A stretch of DNA of 62,670 nucleotides, filler included, from Vannella sp. (GCA_023345925.1; 6 parts of 6 records of this genome joined end to end with filler, not necessarily neighbours in it); one strand, 5' to 3'; shown: positions 11,757 to 24,236, numbered from the whole stretch's first letter. Numbers and translations: made by a program. Notes: a model not told the origin generated them from the sequence alone.

Positions 11757-11931
11757 TTGGTGATCTCGACATTGTAGCGTTCGCTTCCATGCCTATTGAT
11801 GGTCTTCCTCTGCCGCTAACAAGAAACATAAAGTACTCTCCTGTAATATTGAGACGGGAGGGTGGATGGACTTCGATCATATCGCCAAAGACTTCGTCCT
11901 CAAGCGACGACGCTGGTCATGATTGAATATC
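11744..11931 (-). pseudogene. Decayed duplicate of the 3' end of the copper-radical oxidase gene at 14438-16297
   Basis: Translates MIEVHPPSRLNITGEYFMFLVSGRGRPSIG versus the intact MIKVYPPSAPYAIPGEYFMFLVSDSGIPSVG. Shares ttaattggtgatc..gacattgtagcg with the intact gene; frameshifted, and no upstream exons. Confidence 0.85.
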
Positions 11932-12157
11932 CGACTGAGATGGGATAGCCGTCGAAAAGAAGCCAGCCAAACTGTCCAAAATCTCAATTTCCCAACACAG
12001 CAATCCACACTAATGATATCATTGATTGAAATGAACCAATCATATCAATTGATGAGAGCATCAGGATCCCAACTGCCTTTTGCAACGGTCTTCCATGGAC
12101 CGTGCTGTGATTGGTGGATTATTTTTTTCGGTTGATCTCATTTGGTCATTTTCAGAA

Positions 12158-14304
12158 ATGAACGAGCTTGAAGCTGCCGCACCGCCTTCTGACGAAGCTC
12201 TTCGGATGGAGATCGGGTCCTACTTGAGAGATAGAGAGCTGATTCGGGAGAACGTGAAGGTGAGAGGGAAAGAGAATGTGACGAAGTTTCTCATTCTGAA
12301 TCCTGTAGCGCGTGGTCACACAACTCCTCGAGCAGAACCAAAAGAAGAGAGACAAGTTGGAGAGCCTCCAAGTCAGTGCTACTCCTCGCAATTCTCGTCC
12401 CAACATCCACTGGATACTGACTCTTCCCCTAAAGAAGCTCTGCAAGGAGAGCCAACGCCAAGCTGACGTGTTCCTCGAAGAGATAGAACGTCTTAAGGTT
12501 CGTGAGATTCAAGTGAGAAGGAGAGACTGACGAGTGTCCATGAAGAAGTTCCCCGCTCTCTCCCAACAACAACGGAAGGACCTGATGGCGCTCTTCAACG
12601 AGACGACTGAGATCAAGCAGTTCGTATCCAGGGTATGAGAGTCTTCCCTCTACCCTGTCTACTCTCTTCCCTCCAGAAACTCACGAACAAGAGGAGCAGA
12701 AGTCTTTCAAAGACAAGAAGATCAAGCGCATGCTCCTCCTCGCATCAACAGTGAGTTTAACCATCTTTAAAGTCGTTTATCTAACCAAAGTCGTTAAGGA
12801 TGACTCTCCCAAGCGGTTCTCGGTACGATACAAGCGACGGGAGGCTCGTGCAGGTCTCACTCTGCCCTTAGCACGAAGGAATCACCTTTGAAGACAACGA
12901 GAGACAGCTATTCAAGCGACTAGATGTCGTTCAAATCAACGCAGGTACACGTGAGAAGCTTGTCGAGTGGATTGCCGTGTCAAAGACGGAGGACAGTAAG
13001 TCGCTCTCTCTGCCCTTCTGTCTCTGACTGTGCTTGTCGAGCAGAAGTGCAGTACACAACGGTCTTTTGCTTGACCTATCGGTACTTCATGACCTCCATG
13101 GAGCTGCATGAGCAAATCGTCTCTTTCTACGACACTTTCTGTGAGGGCGGGGAGTTGGAGAAGTCCTACCGGATGAATATCGTCAACTTTCTCCAACATT
13201 GGATCAAGAACCACTATCGCCATGACTTTGAACACAACACAGAGCTCACTGAAGCAACAAGAGCCTTTGTCCAGGACAAAGTGACTCCAATGGAGGGCGA
13301 GACCGTCGCCAAGGTGTTGATGCAAGGCTTCCAACGCACCCGTTCTCAATCAGTGATCAAACGCAATCAACGAATGTCCGTAAAGGCACGGCGCCTTCTC
13401 GGTCAGAGTCGCAATGAGAGTGAAAGTCTCCAATTCGCTGAGGCGGCACCGGCGTTGGTGGTGCTGAAAGGACCAATCAAGTCCTTCCTTGACATTCCCC
13501 CGTTGGAGATCGCTCGTCAGCTAACCATCGTAGAACATGATCTGTTCTGTCAGATCCAACCGAAGGAATGTCTCAATTGCTGCTGGAGTGGAAAGAGACA
13601 GAAGGAACTGGCTCCCAACATCTTGAACATGATAGAGCACTTCAATCAGGTAAGTAAGCGACCCCAAAGACCTTGACTGACTTGTTCTGCAACAGACAAG
13701 CAACAAAGTGATCACTTCTGTGGTGACTGAACCCAAACTCAAGAATCGAGTGGTCGTCGTGGATCATTGGATGGCTGTTGCAGAGGTGAGTAGGCTACCA
13801 TGCGTCTTGATTGCGCTTCTGACAAGAGGGGAGTAGGAGTTCCATAAACTGCACAACTACAATGGGTTACTGGTGGTAGTGGCGAGCCTGTCCCACTCGT
13901 CCATTTTCCGTTTGAAGAAGACTTGGGAGCGTTTGAGCTCTGGACGCATCCAAGAGTACCGCAAACTATGCGACAGACTATCTACGGATGGGTCTTCCAA
14001 GATCTATCGGCTGGAGTTGCAAGGATTGCAGCCTCCACTTGTCCCCAACTTGGGATTGTACCTTCAGGACTTGACATTCATCGAAGACGGCAACCTGATG
14101 ATCCTAGAGAACGGTTTTGTCAACTTTGTCAAGTGTCGGATGATCAGCGCACGCATTCAAGAGATGATTCTCTATCAAAAGGCGCCTTACAACCTCCAAG
14201 TGCACGACACCATCCAATCCTTCATCCGTCGAGCTTCCATGATGGACGAAGAAGACCAGTTCCAGGCTTCTCTTGTGATTGAACCCCGCAGAGCCCCGAA
14301 ATGA
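12158..14304 (+). CDS. Ras guanine nucleotide exchange factor (REM + CDC25 domain), multi-exon
   Basis: REM motifs INAGTREKLVEWI and FCLTYRYFMTS.EL; CDC25 motifs PPLEIARQLTIVE, APNILNMIEHFN, HNYNG, IFRLKKTW, PLVPNLGLYLQDLTFIEDGN and VNFVKCR. Confidence 0.93.
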
Positions 14305-14437
14305 GAGCCCGGTCCTCCAAGAGAGGATTCTCCTTCCCTTTCAATTGTGAATGAATCATTTCTTCCTTTCACAGCCACTTTCTGTTCCACTTCCCATTCC
14401 CATGTGCGGATGGGAACAGACTTTGGAGTAAATCAAG

Positions 14438-16297
14438 TTAATTGGTGATCTTGACATTGTAGCGCAAGCTCGTATGCTTTCCTACAGAGGGGATTCCACT
14501 GTCGCTAACAAGGAACATGAAGTACTCTCCTGGAATCGCGTAAGGCGCGGAGGGTGGATAGACTTTGATCATATTGCCAACTACCTCGTGCTCTAGCGAG
14601 ACGAAGCGCTGGTTGTGATCGAATCCATGTGTGAATGCATTCAAAGCCAAGAGAACAACACCGCCCTTAGCACGAGGAGGAGGTCCGTCGAATAGGAAAG
14701 CTGCGAATGGAAGCTCTTGATGTGGAACAGTGGGCTTCGTTGGGTAGATTGGCATGATGTTGGGCTCTGCAGGGAAGTTGACAAACACTGGGCGAGCCTC
14801 ACCGTTGTGAATGCGCTGGATGTAAGGAGGATTCATGATGCGGAAGTTCGGCTGCTCACATCCAATGCCACCCAGAACATGAACTCCACCTCCTGTGAGA
14901 ATTCTTCCATCCTTCAACAACGCAGCCATGTTGTGATAGCCCCGGAAGGGTGCAGGACTTTCCGGCTCTTTCTCCAAATTGAGGAAAGTTCCAGTTTCTG
15001 GATTGAAGATCTGAGCAATCCGAGGATCAGAGCCTGGATCACTAGGATCAGTCTGGTTCAAATCTGGATTCTCTCCGTTGATCAAAAGAACTGTGCCGTC
15101 GGGAAGCAAAATCGAAGATGGAGTGCGCCGGGCAATGTGACTTTCAAAGGTCCTCCAAGAGTCCCTGGTCGGATCATACAAATCCACTTTGGACACATAA
15201 GGGCCTGTGTTGTCACCACATCCTCCCATTGTCATGATCTCATTGGTGGAGAGAAGGGCTGATGTAGAATCCCAACCACATCCGCCGCTGTTCCTGCGAG
15301 TTCCTGCTGGAGGCTCATAGTAACGGTCAGCAAAAGGAGTTTCAGGGTCAGTGTTGAACAACACAGTGGTCCCCTTCCACCCCATCATAGCAACCTGTCG
15401 GCGAAGAGGCGGAGTTCCCGCAACAACGGTTTCCGGAAGCACGACAATATGAGAGTAGTCTTTCATGCCAGGGTCAGGATCACGGTTAGCCTCTGCCTGA
15501 TTGACTATTTGCTGCCAAGGGTTGAGCCCCAAATCGAGCTTACTGACGTTAAAGAGGGCGATTTGACTGTTCTGATAGCCATCACAGCAACGATAGAAGC
15601 CTCCATAGACCAGCACGATATCCCCTTCTGGTAGGCGTGTGTTAGTTGGGTACCAAGAAGATCCAACACCCATCTCGTATTCCACACGGCTCATTTTCTC
15701 CGTTGCAGGGTCAAAGATCCGGGCATAGTCGAGTCCATACTCTTTCTCTAGCTCTGCTCCTCTACTAAGGTTCCGGTAGTATGCGCCACCAGTCAGTAGC
15801 AATCTTCCACCAACAAGGGAGGTATGCCCCATGCAGTACAACACATCACCAGGCGTTCGGGGATCCTCATCAAGAGGTTTGACATGATACACGGGATTGG
15901 TCTGGCTGGAACCAGTGATCTCATCAGGATTGAGTAAGAAAGAGACTCCCATGCGGCGAGAACCTGAAAGGGAGCAAGCAAAGTCCTGGCTTCGCCCCCA
16001 TCCCGTGAGGAGAACCTTTCCAGAGCCCAGAACGTTACCGTGAATGGCAGTAACGAACCAGCCACCAGCAGGCTTCCCTTTCGACCACTTGTTTGTGTCA
16101 TCTCGCAAAGTAAAGAGCGCCTCCCAGGCTCGGCCACTTGTGGGACCCTTCTCGCTTTGCATCGAGGCCAGATTGTAGCCCAAAGCAGACGAAGCAAGGC
16201 CATTGAACGTCTGATTGCTTACCAAAACGAGAGCACAAGAAACGAGCAGGACAACCGCCAACCCGACCTTCACCCTGAGGGCAACCTGCTGCGCCAT
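14438..16297 (-). CDS. Copper-radical oxidase (CAZy AA5; galactose/glyoxal oxidase family) with N-terminal signal or anchor helix, intronless
   Basis: Kelch-like blades. Cys (LYCMGH), Tyr (SWYPT), Tyr-His (RGYHN) and His (FTHGFD) match the positions of the Cys-Tyr cofactor and Cu ligands of galactose oxidase. C-terminal Ig-like domain PGEYFMFLVS..G.PS.G. Confidence 0.9.
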   Translation of the reverse strand: MAQQVALRVKVGLAVVLLVSCALVLVSNQTFNGLASSALGYNLASMQSEKGPTSGRAWEALFTLRDDTNKWSKGKPAGGWFVTAIHGNVLGSGKVLLTGWGRSQDFACSLSGSRRMGVSFLLNPDEITGSSQTNPVYHVKPLDEDPRTPGDVLYCMGHTSLVGGRLLLTGGAYYRNLSRGAELEKEYGLDYARIFDPATEKMSRVEYEMGVGSSWYPTNTRLPEGDIVLVYGGFYRCCDGYQNSQIALFNVSKLDLGLNPWQQIVNQAEANRDPDPGMKDYSHIVVLPETVVAGTPPLRRQVAMMGWKGTTVLFNTDPETPFADRYYEPPAGTRRNSGGCGWDSTSALLSTNEIMTMGGCGDNTGPYVSKVDLYDPTRDSWRTFESHIARRTPSSILLPDGTVLLINGENPDLNQTDPSDPGSDPRIAQIFNPETGTFLNLEKEPESPAPFRGYHNMAALLKDGRILTGGGVHVLGGIGCEQPNFRIMNPPYIQRIHNGEARPVFVNFPAEPNIMPIYPTKPTVPHQELPFAAFLFDGPPPRAKGGVVLLALNAFTHGFDHNQRFVSLEHEVVGNMIKVYPPSAPYAIPGEYFMFLVSDSGIPSVGKHTSLRYNVKITN

Positions 16298-16763
16298 CCG
16301 AGAGAAAAATGGAGAATCTGCTTTCTGTATCCCCGCTTTCCGGTTGGTCGATTCTTTTTTCTTTCAGAGAACTAATTCCGAATCTGCCGAACACGAACTG
16401 CAGTAAACGTGGTATTGTAGCACGTGAGCTCTCTTGATCTCACGGGCAAGATGTAGGTAAGGTTGGTAACTTGAGCCTTTTTCTTTTCGCCTTCTGCGGA
16501 GAGGGAGAGAATTCACCGCCCAGTCAACCACGTCCGCTGTCCTCCGTTGAAATGTGCTTCTAAATTCGACTGGCACCAATGCGAATGACTTTATATCAGA
16601 TTTTATATGTTTTTAAGAGGAATCCACTTTTCCTTCGAAAGAAGTTCACTGGTCAAAAATCGGGGTTTTCTGGTTACCCCTCTTTTCTTGCTTCAGATCT
16701 TTGGGGTCCCATTTCGACCCCAAGTCTCTCAGGTAGTACTTACTACGTTCTTTCACCGATGAT

Positions 16764-16863
16764 NNNNNNNNNNNNNNNNNNNNNNNNNNNNNNNNNNNNN
16801 NNNNNNNTTAATTAATTAANNNNNNNNNNNNNNNNNNNNNNNNNNNNNNNNNNNNNNNNNNNN
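16764..16863. other. Artificial contig linker (Ns + TTAATTAATTAA)
   Basis: 100-nt N-flanked linker with stops in all six frames; the same linker occurs five times. Confidence 0.97.
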
Positions 16864-16935
16864 GGATTGTCTTCTTCTCCCTGGATTGATGAGTTGAGGA
16901 GGCGAATACTTTAAGTTTAATACATTTCCGAGGAT

Positions 16936-19900
16936 TTATTCAAAGGCAGGCGGTACCATGTCATAGACACAGTAGCTTGTGGAGAACTTCCGGAAGAAAA
17001 TGGATGAGTTTGATGGTTTGCGTTCCTTTCGAAAGAGTAAGAACGGCCGAAGGATTACTAAACAGACTGCTTACCTTCAAGAGTGGAGTAGCCAGATAAC
17101 AAAGCGTTAGTCCCTGATTCCCCGAGGCGCAAGCTGTCAGGTTCCTAATGATAGATAAGATTAGAGAGAAGATCTGGCCAAGTTAGATCGGAAAACGCAC
17201 CCGGAAAGGAACCAAAGCTCGCTTCTGAGACTGGGAATCCTCGAGAGTAGATTTACGTAGGAAGGAAAGAGGAGTCTCTTCGGAAGAGTTCCAAGAGAAG
17301 ATATGGAATTGCCCTGAATGCTCCTCGTTTCCAGTTACTGGAACATTGCTTGACCCTTCCCAGGCAAAGAATAAGCGAGGACCGCACTGATCTGTCATAA
17401 CAATAGCAGAGAAAACTATCCCAACGTCCACCTTGATAGGAGACTTGCGTTCCTGATGAAGATCGTAAAGATAAAGCTCTCCCTGGTCGGTGGCAATGAT
17501 GAAATGAGAATGATCTGTGCGTTCGGGGGCATCTCCAATGCTGGGAAGTACTTCTGGAGGGGAAAAGCAGATAGCTGTGATATTCGAGTCTGTGGGAGGG
17601 GCGAAAGAGGACCGGCTGAAGTTAGTCTTTGTCCTGTGAATACTCTGCGCGCAAGATAACACTGTGACACTCTTATGGTCGTAAACAGCAAGCCAGGCAC
17701 CTGACTCGGCCCAAAGGAGACGAGTTTCTAAGCGAGAAGTATCTTTGAGTTCCAATAAAGGCGCCTCAGCCCTAGAGTTGGGTGAGGTTCGGTTCATATC
17801 CCAAAGCCTGACACATCCTCGGTCATCACAGGAAGCTAAAAGGTTTTGTCGAGGGGCAGATACCAATCGGACGACGGTATTAGGGTGCTCAGTCATCTCT
17901 TTCACGCAAGTCAGTGTTTGAGAGGAAAATGAAGAGGCCAAGTCATATAATACAATTTTGGTTCCAACAGCAACCGCCAGCAACTGGCCTCCTCCACACA
18001 ACTCAAACAGAATGGAGGTTGAAGCTTCCAACATGGATTGATTGAAGCTAGAAGAATGAAGCAAACTCATCACCTGTCGTTGCAAGGGGCGTATCACACT
18101 TCCATTGAATAAGCTCGTAGTATAAATAAGCTTTTCTGGTTGAATAGGATCTTGCCATACTTGGGTGATCACGTTTTTGGCGTTCATATGAGCACTCCTC
18201 GCCCCTGGACTGTTAGGGAGGTCCAATTCAAAGGCTCTTAATGAGTTAGGGAGTTGCGCGAAATGGTCTTGAAGCCTTTTCTCTGTTTGAACGTGGGAAG
18301 CGAGTGAACTTGGCCATCGAGTCGCTAACTCATCTAAGAACAGTCTTTGAGGTTCTTCTCCAGTCAGTTCTGGGCTGGTTGCCACAAGGCGGCTCGGCTG
18401 TGAACCAGATTCTTGCCAAGGTTTCGATCGGATCAAGGACCTTGGGACGGTCACAAACAATGGACCAATGCTTCGAGGTCGAGCAGAGGCCAATTCTCCA
18501 AAGAGGGGTGCGCACATGGCAAAATCGAAGAGGCCTTGTTTCCCGAAGATTGTCTCTTTCTTCGCGGTTTGGGAGCTTCCAAGTGTTGACGTTGGCAGTT
18601 GTGGGGTTGAGTTGTGAAGTGGGAAGCTGCCCAATTGCTCGCGGTGGAAAGAAGGAAAAGGAAGCTCTGGCCAACCCATCTCCAAAGCCTCATCAAAGGA
18701 TAATGGGGGAATCCTATCGTTCGAATGCGATTGTGTGGGAGAGTCCGGACCTGAAAACGATACATCTGTCATACTAGAGTGCTGCCTCCAGTCAGATCCT
18801 CCCTTTCTTAAAGGTGCCATCCGCTCGTAAATCACCGTAAAAAATGGCTGCAAAGTCTCGATATTGCCTTTCAAAGGTTGACTGAGATTAAATTGCCCTT
18901 TGAAGGAGGTGACCACATGCTCATCCTCTCCTTTGAGTGCTAATTTGAACTGCTTTTCCAACTCCAGAGGAGCCTGTAGTAGAGAGAGATCTGTTCGAAC
19001 TATCCTGGCCAAGTCTTGCTTGATTAGTTCACCTGTTGATGAAGGGAACGGGCGAGAGTCCTCGGCTTTTGAAGTAAATTCCCGGCGTTCGTTTGCGCTA
19101 ATGATTGTGTCAGCCTTGCGAAGAATGTAGAGGCGGCGCTCTTCATGAGACATTCCAGCAGTGGGGTCAGGAGAGCTCATCACTTGCTCACTGTGATCTG
19201 CCTTCACTTTTTTCAGAGGTGCAGACATTTGTGAGGCACTAGAATGCATAGCTGGCCTCTTCCTCTTGCGCCCTGCCTCGCTATTAAGATGTTTAAAATC
19301 ATAAATGAGAATTCCTCCATTTTGCAAACCATCCTGAGTCTCTTGGAGTGTCAAAGTGGGATCAAAGTCTTCTAATGTCTCATTCCGCTTGTGATAATGG
19401 TACTCCTTCAGGAGTGGCTTAAAGGGTCCCTTAGCACCGCCATTCTCGTGATAATACTTCTTAACAAGCGTTGAGGTCTTTGTAGGAACACAGTTTGCGA
19501 TAGGACCGAACGCTGTACCGTAGCGGATAATAGCTTTCTGGAACGCAACTCGGTCTAGTAGGCTCCAATCATCAGTGGTGTCTTTCTTCTTGCGAGCAGG
19601 TGCCTTCTTGACAGGGGACTGGGACGCTGCTGGAGGTGCAACAGGTACAGGACGAGGAGCTGGGACAGGCTTGGGGAGTCCCTTACCTGAAAGATCAATT
19701 TTCTTAAGGGGAGTGTAATTTTGCGATGGCAGAGCGCTTGCTGCCACTCTTGAAGCAAAAGCAGACTTGGAATGAGACATAGAAGGTCCGGGAGGTGCTG
19801 AAGCAATAGGAAGTCCAAGATTTGGAGGAGCCCCGCCTTCCACTGGCGATGCAATAGACACTGGCTGACTCAAATTGTCCCAAAAATCAGGCTCGAATTC

Positions 19901-21040
19901 TCCAATGTCGCCAAGACTACCAGAGGGTGCCATGTTTCCTCGAGCTGTTTGAGGCTCAGTGGGTCTCATCAACTCGTCAAAAAGGTCGCCAAGCATCTTG
20001 TCATCGCCTAACTCGTCTTCGGTAGTCGTAGATCCGTCAGGAGGGTGGGGAATAGGCGATTCCTGTGGATGTGGGTTGCTCATAAGTCCAGGGGTACTTG
20101 ACATAGCGAGTGGAGTCCCCCCGCGAGTATCTGAAGGAGCTAGAGGCGTAGGGACTCCTCTACCAGCTCCAGTACCGGGTGGACTCGGATACTTTGACTC
20201 TTGGGACTGCATGTTAGCCACTGAAACGACAGAAAACCCTCTGCCCATGTTAGCAGTGAGCGTAGCCGGGGCAGGAGTGAACACGATGTAAAGAGGAATG
20301 TCGCAGACGATACCCGCTGCAAGGTACCCTGCTGTGCTTGGAGAGAGGTTCTTGAGCGCGGCGGCGTTCTTGGCTATCATTGTACGAACAAGCTGGGGGT
20401 TGATGAGGAAGCGACGAGGCCCTGGAGTGGAGGCCCCCATCTGCAAGGCGAGGGTCGCTGTCACTGATTTGAAGGAGGGATGGTAGAACAGTCCACGGAT
20501 CACGTAGTTCGTTAGCGGGGGAATGAGGATAACTAAGCTTGTTGCACTCTCCCCTGGTGGAGCACCAGGGACTGCTTTGGGAGTGAAGGGGGTCACTTGA
20601 AGCTGCATATACTGGATCTGGGGCATGAAGGGCTGTACTCCAAACTCCTGTGACGCAGGAGGTGCTCTTGTAAGTAATCTGGGTCCCACAGTAGGCCTGT
20701 TTGGTCCCTGTCCATTGGCAACAGGGTTGGGCTGTGCGGCTGCTTCAGGGGCACTTGCTGGTGCCCTCGTACTAACGCGTGGTATCGCAGTTGGAAGAGG
20801 TATCAATGGAGGATTCAACGCGCTCGTAACTGCTGCAAAAGGATGCACTGCGGGAGGTGTGGCAGTGGCAGGCGCAGATCCCCCCGTAGGAGCAGAAGTG
20901 GCGGGAAGGCTGGGAGCAGATCCCCCTGCTGCAACCGGCCCTAACACAGGAGCTTCACCCACAGTCGGTGCAGCCTGTGGCTGCTCCGGTTGTTTGTTGA
21001 GCAGCGACATGGACTTAGACCCGTGTCCAGACCCCGCCAA
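16936..21040 (-). CDS. Large nuclear protein with Pro/Ala-rich N-terminus, SANT/Myb domain and C-terminal WD40 repeats
   Basis: SANT-like WSLLDRVAFQKAIIRYGTAFGPIANCVPTKTSTLVKKYY; NLS-like GRKRKRP; WD repeat EHPNTVVRLVSAPRQNLLASCDDRGCVRLWD. Two small 3' exons read in frame to a stop at 16936. Start uncertain (ATG at 21010). Confidence 0.7.
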
Positions 21041-21223
21041 CTGCCAAATGACATGACAGCCTCCTCTTCACCCTTGGAAATACAGCAGATCATTTAGACA
21101 GACAAAATTATGTGTGGTGGATAAGCTGTATTGCAAGAATTGGGGTTTTGTAAACCCCCGAGTGAGCCAATCAGATTGCGCCACGTTTCATGACGAAGCA
21201 AGGAACGGGGTGGATTGGTGGTT

Positions 21224-22181
21224 TCATGTGGCGGCAGGCTTCTTGACTATCCTGACGGATCCTGGGACGATAGTGGGGCCGGCAGGGGCGACGTCACCGG
21301 AAGGAGCTTTCTTGCGGTACCGATTTCTCTTCTTAGGGGCTGCTGTAGGGCCTGTGGGGGCTGTGGCAGGAGTAGTTGCAGCTGTAGATACTACTGGTGG
21401 AGCAGCGACGTTGGTAGTGTTGCGTTGTGGGTGCGCGGGCTCGCCGGGCGTGACAGGCTTCTTTCCTCTCCTTGGGGCAGCCTTCCTGGCTTCGCGATTC
21501 TCTGCTTGCTTGACGTTCTGGCACCAATTGAGCTTCGGAAAGTATAGAATACACACTGTACCTTTCTCTGCGCCTTCAGCTGCATGGCACGCACGAGTTC
21601 CGAAACGACAGCTGGCGTACTTTCAGGCTCTGATTGAGGCGCAGCAGCAGGAGCTGTGGTAGGCTTCTTCATGCTTTCAATGAAAGCTAGGTAATCGGGA
21701 TCTGCTGGGAATCAGAACAGCGAGATGTATCGCCTCTGCTACTGACCATCCTCGATTGTTCCTGCGTGAACGCTTTCTTTGGGAGGATCAGGGATGGATT
21801 GGAAAGGAGCATACTCGACGTGGAGACTATACTTGATGCCTATTCTCGAAACCTGTGAGGGGATCCTGAACACTTGAGGAAGCCATCGCACCCTTTTCGG
21901 TAACGTAGATCTTCTTGGCGATCCTTGCAGCATAAGATTGAGCCAGGGATGGTTCCGAGAAGTTGATAAACGCGTGTCCCATTCTCTTCGTTTTGAACCT
22001 GGAGGGAAAGTGAGCGAACGAGAACAAAGGGAGTCAAGATAACGAACGTCTTCTTGCCAGGGTGAAAGTCCAGGTACTCCACCGAGTCAGCAGACTGCAC
22101 CGTTTTCATGATGTCCTCCTTCCCCAAGAAGTGAGGAATCTGAGTGATAAGCAGCTTCGTCCTGCTTTCCTCCACGACCAT
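21224..22181 (-). CDS. UPF3: Nonsense-mediated decay factor UPF3/Smg4, multi-exon
   Basis: RRM-like UPF3 signature TKLLITQIP..L, F.PGK, AFINF, VEYAPFQSIP and GTIEDDPDYLAFIES. Confidence 0.88.
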
Positions 22182-22338
22182 CCTGAACACAAGGTTAACA
22201 AAAAAATGAGAATTCTAGGAATTTTTCGAAGACAGGTTGGTCAATTGTCTTGTGGTTGCTGTTAAAACCAATCGAGGTTTAATCCACAATTTTAAGCCTT
22301 TGGTGATTTAGCGACATTTTACTTCTACCAACTAGTGG

Positions 22339-24236
22339 ATGCAGCCTCACCGGGAACCTTTCCACGTTCCTGATCGCTCAGAGTTGGAGGGAAAGGCACT
22401 GGCACCAATGTTTACGGTTCTGGCAGTGAAATCGTACAAACCAGAGGAGGATACGGCGGGATTCGAAGCGCTTTTGCCCTTCAAGCGCAAGCAGATCATT
22501 ACTGTTCTAGACTGGGACGAGAAGCGCGATGCTATCTATGGAGAGTTTGACGGGAAACGAGGCTGGTTTCCTTCTTCTTACACTAAGATCCTCACCAGCA
22601 TGACGCAATCACAGACTCCCAACAAACCTGAGGAGGAGATCTCTGCTGCTGCTGCAGTGCGCAATTCTGTGCCAATTGAGACACGCTATCGAGCTGTATC
22701 TGGTTCTAAGACACCTACCTCGGCTAACACACTCTCGCCTCACGGACAGGGACCAGTTGGGGCCGCAGGAGCGTACTTGATGATTTCTCCTCGTGTAATC
22801 GGTAGTTTCTTGGGCCCCATTCTCCCATCAAAGAAGTCCACAGATGACATACGAAAGCTTGGTGCTACTGGGACTGTCGTTTCCCCTGCTACCGGGGTAC
22901 AGTTAAGGGCGATCAGGACCGTTAGCGACACAGGGATCCCCCTCGTGGTTTCCAGTGCTATAGAACATGCTAGAGCTTCTCAGAGTATGTCTAAATCCAG
23001 CTTACATCCCTTTCTCTGACAAACAGGCGAGCAGTCATCAAACAAAAGGATCTGTTTCGCCCTCCTCCCGAACCAAAGGAGGTGGACACCCTATTAGAGG
23101 AGTTTGAAAGTGGTCAGTGGTTCAGTGGATAGAGGTCATTCATCCACTCACTCCATGGTAGAGAGGAATCCAGACTGGTCCAAGTACTCGAATGATTCGA
23201 TCATGAATGCGCTGAAGAAGTACTTACAACTTCTCACGGAGCCCCTGCTCACCTATGATCTCTTTCAGAGCTTCACTGCAGCAACTGGTAGGGATCCTGA
23301 TGCGCTCTAACTCTATTCAATCTCAGATTCTGATGGGCGACTAGATATTGAGGAGGCAGAGCGACGTTCAATGCAGTTCAGCTACCTCTTAGAGATGATT
23401 CCAGTGCAGAACTTCAACACTGCTGCCTTACTGTCCAAGTTCCTGAAGGAATGCGTGGAACAGTCGCCGGGTTTTGGGCTGGAAACGGCTGGCAAGATGT
23501 TTGCAGATGTTTACTGCCGCGCAAACGCCCTTTCAACAACAGAAGAGAGTGAAAAGAAGAAAGGCGTGCGTGTCACGTTAATTCTCATTGAAGGAAGCGA
23601 CACCTTCTTCCGAGAAACAGTCGATTTTTCTGATAAGCGACTGGATCGGTCCAGAGAGCAGCGGAGGAAGAAAGAAAAAGAAATGATGAGCTCATACACC
23701 AGAAGTGAGAACAAACGGGTGAAGAAAGAGGAGAAGAAAAAAGAAAAACTCCGGAAGAAGCAAGGTCCTGACAATGAAGGCGAGGTCAATGTGAGTAGAC
23801 TGGTTTACACTCTCTATGGGCTCTTTCTCACAACCTTCAGATTCCTTCGGAAGAGGAGCATGGTATTAAGAGACTCATGCGGTGGGTTTCCTCGGACAAT
23901 TTGGCCTCGCTGAACCATCCCACTCTCTCCCCGAGGAGTGATGAATCAGCGAATAATCAGGCTAGAGAAAGGGCCAGGAGCTCTCATACGTCGCCACGAG
24001 GTGGAGTAGTCTCTCGTGACCTTGAAGTGCAGGTGATTCCTGTGGTCACTGCAGTATCAGAGAGACTGCACTCTACTCGGCCTACTCACGTTAACACTCA
24101 CCGTTCTTCCTCAACCTCATCCAAAACTCAGCAATCTGACGCAATTGCCCTCACAATGGCTCGTTTCTATCAAGCAGGCTTTTATGTGATGCTTTTCGTG
24201 TTTGTGGTGTCCCATGTGGTCCGCAGCCTCTTGTAA
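22339..24236 (+). CDS. SH3 + RhoGAP domain protein with hydrophobic C-terminal tail, multi-exon
   Basis: SH3 motif VLAVKSY...LPFKRKQIITVL...GEFDGKRGWFPSSY; RhoGAP motifs GIPLVV, DLFRP (Arg finger), ALKKYLQLLTEPLLTYDLF and IPVQNFN; intron 23791-23840 joins the last exon in frame. Confidence 0.85.
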
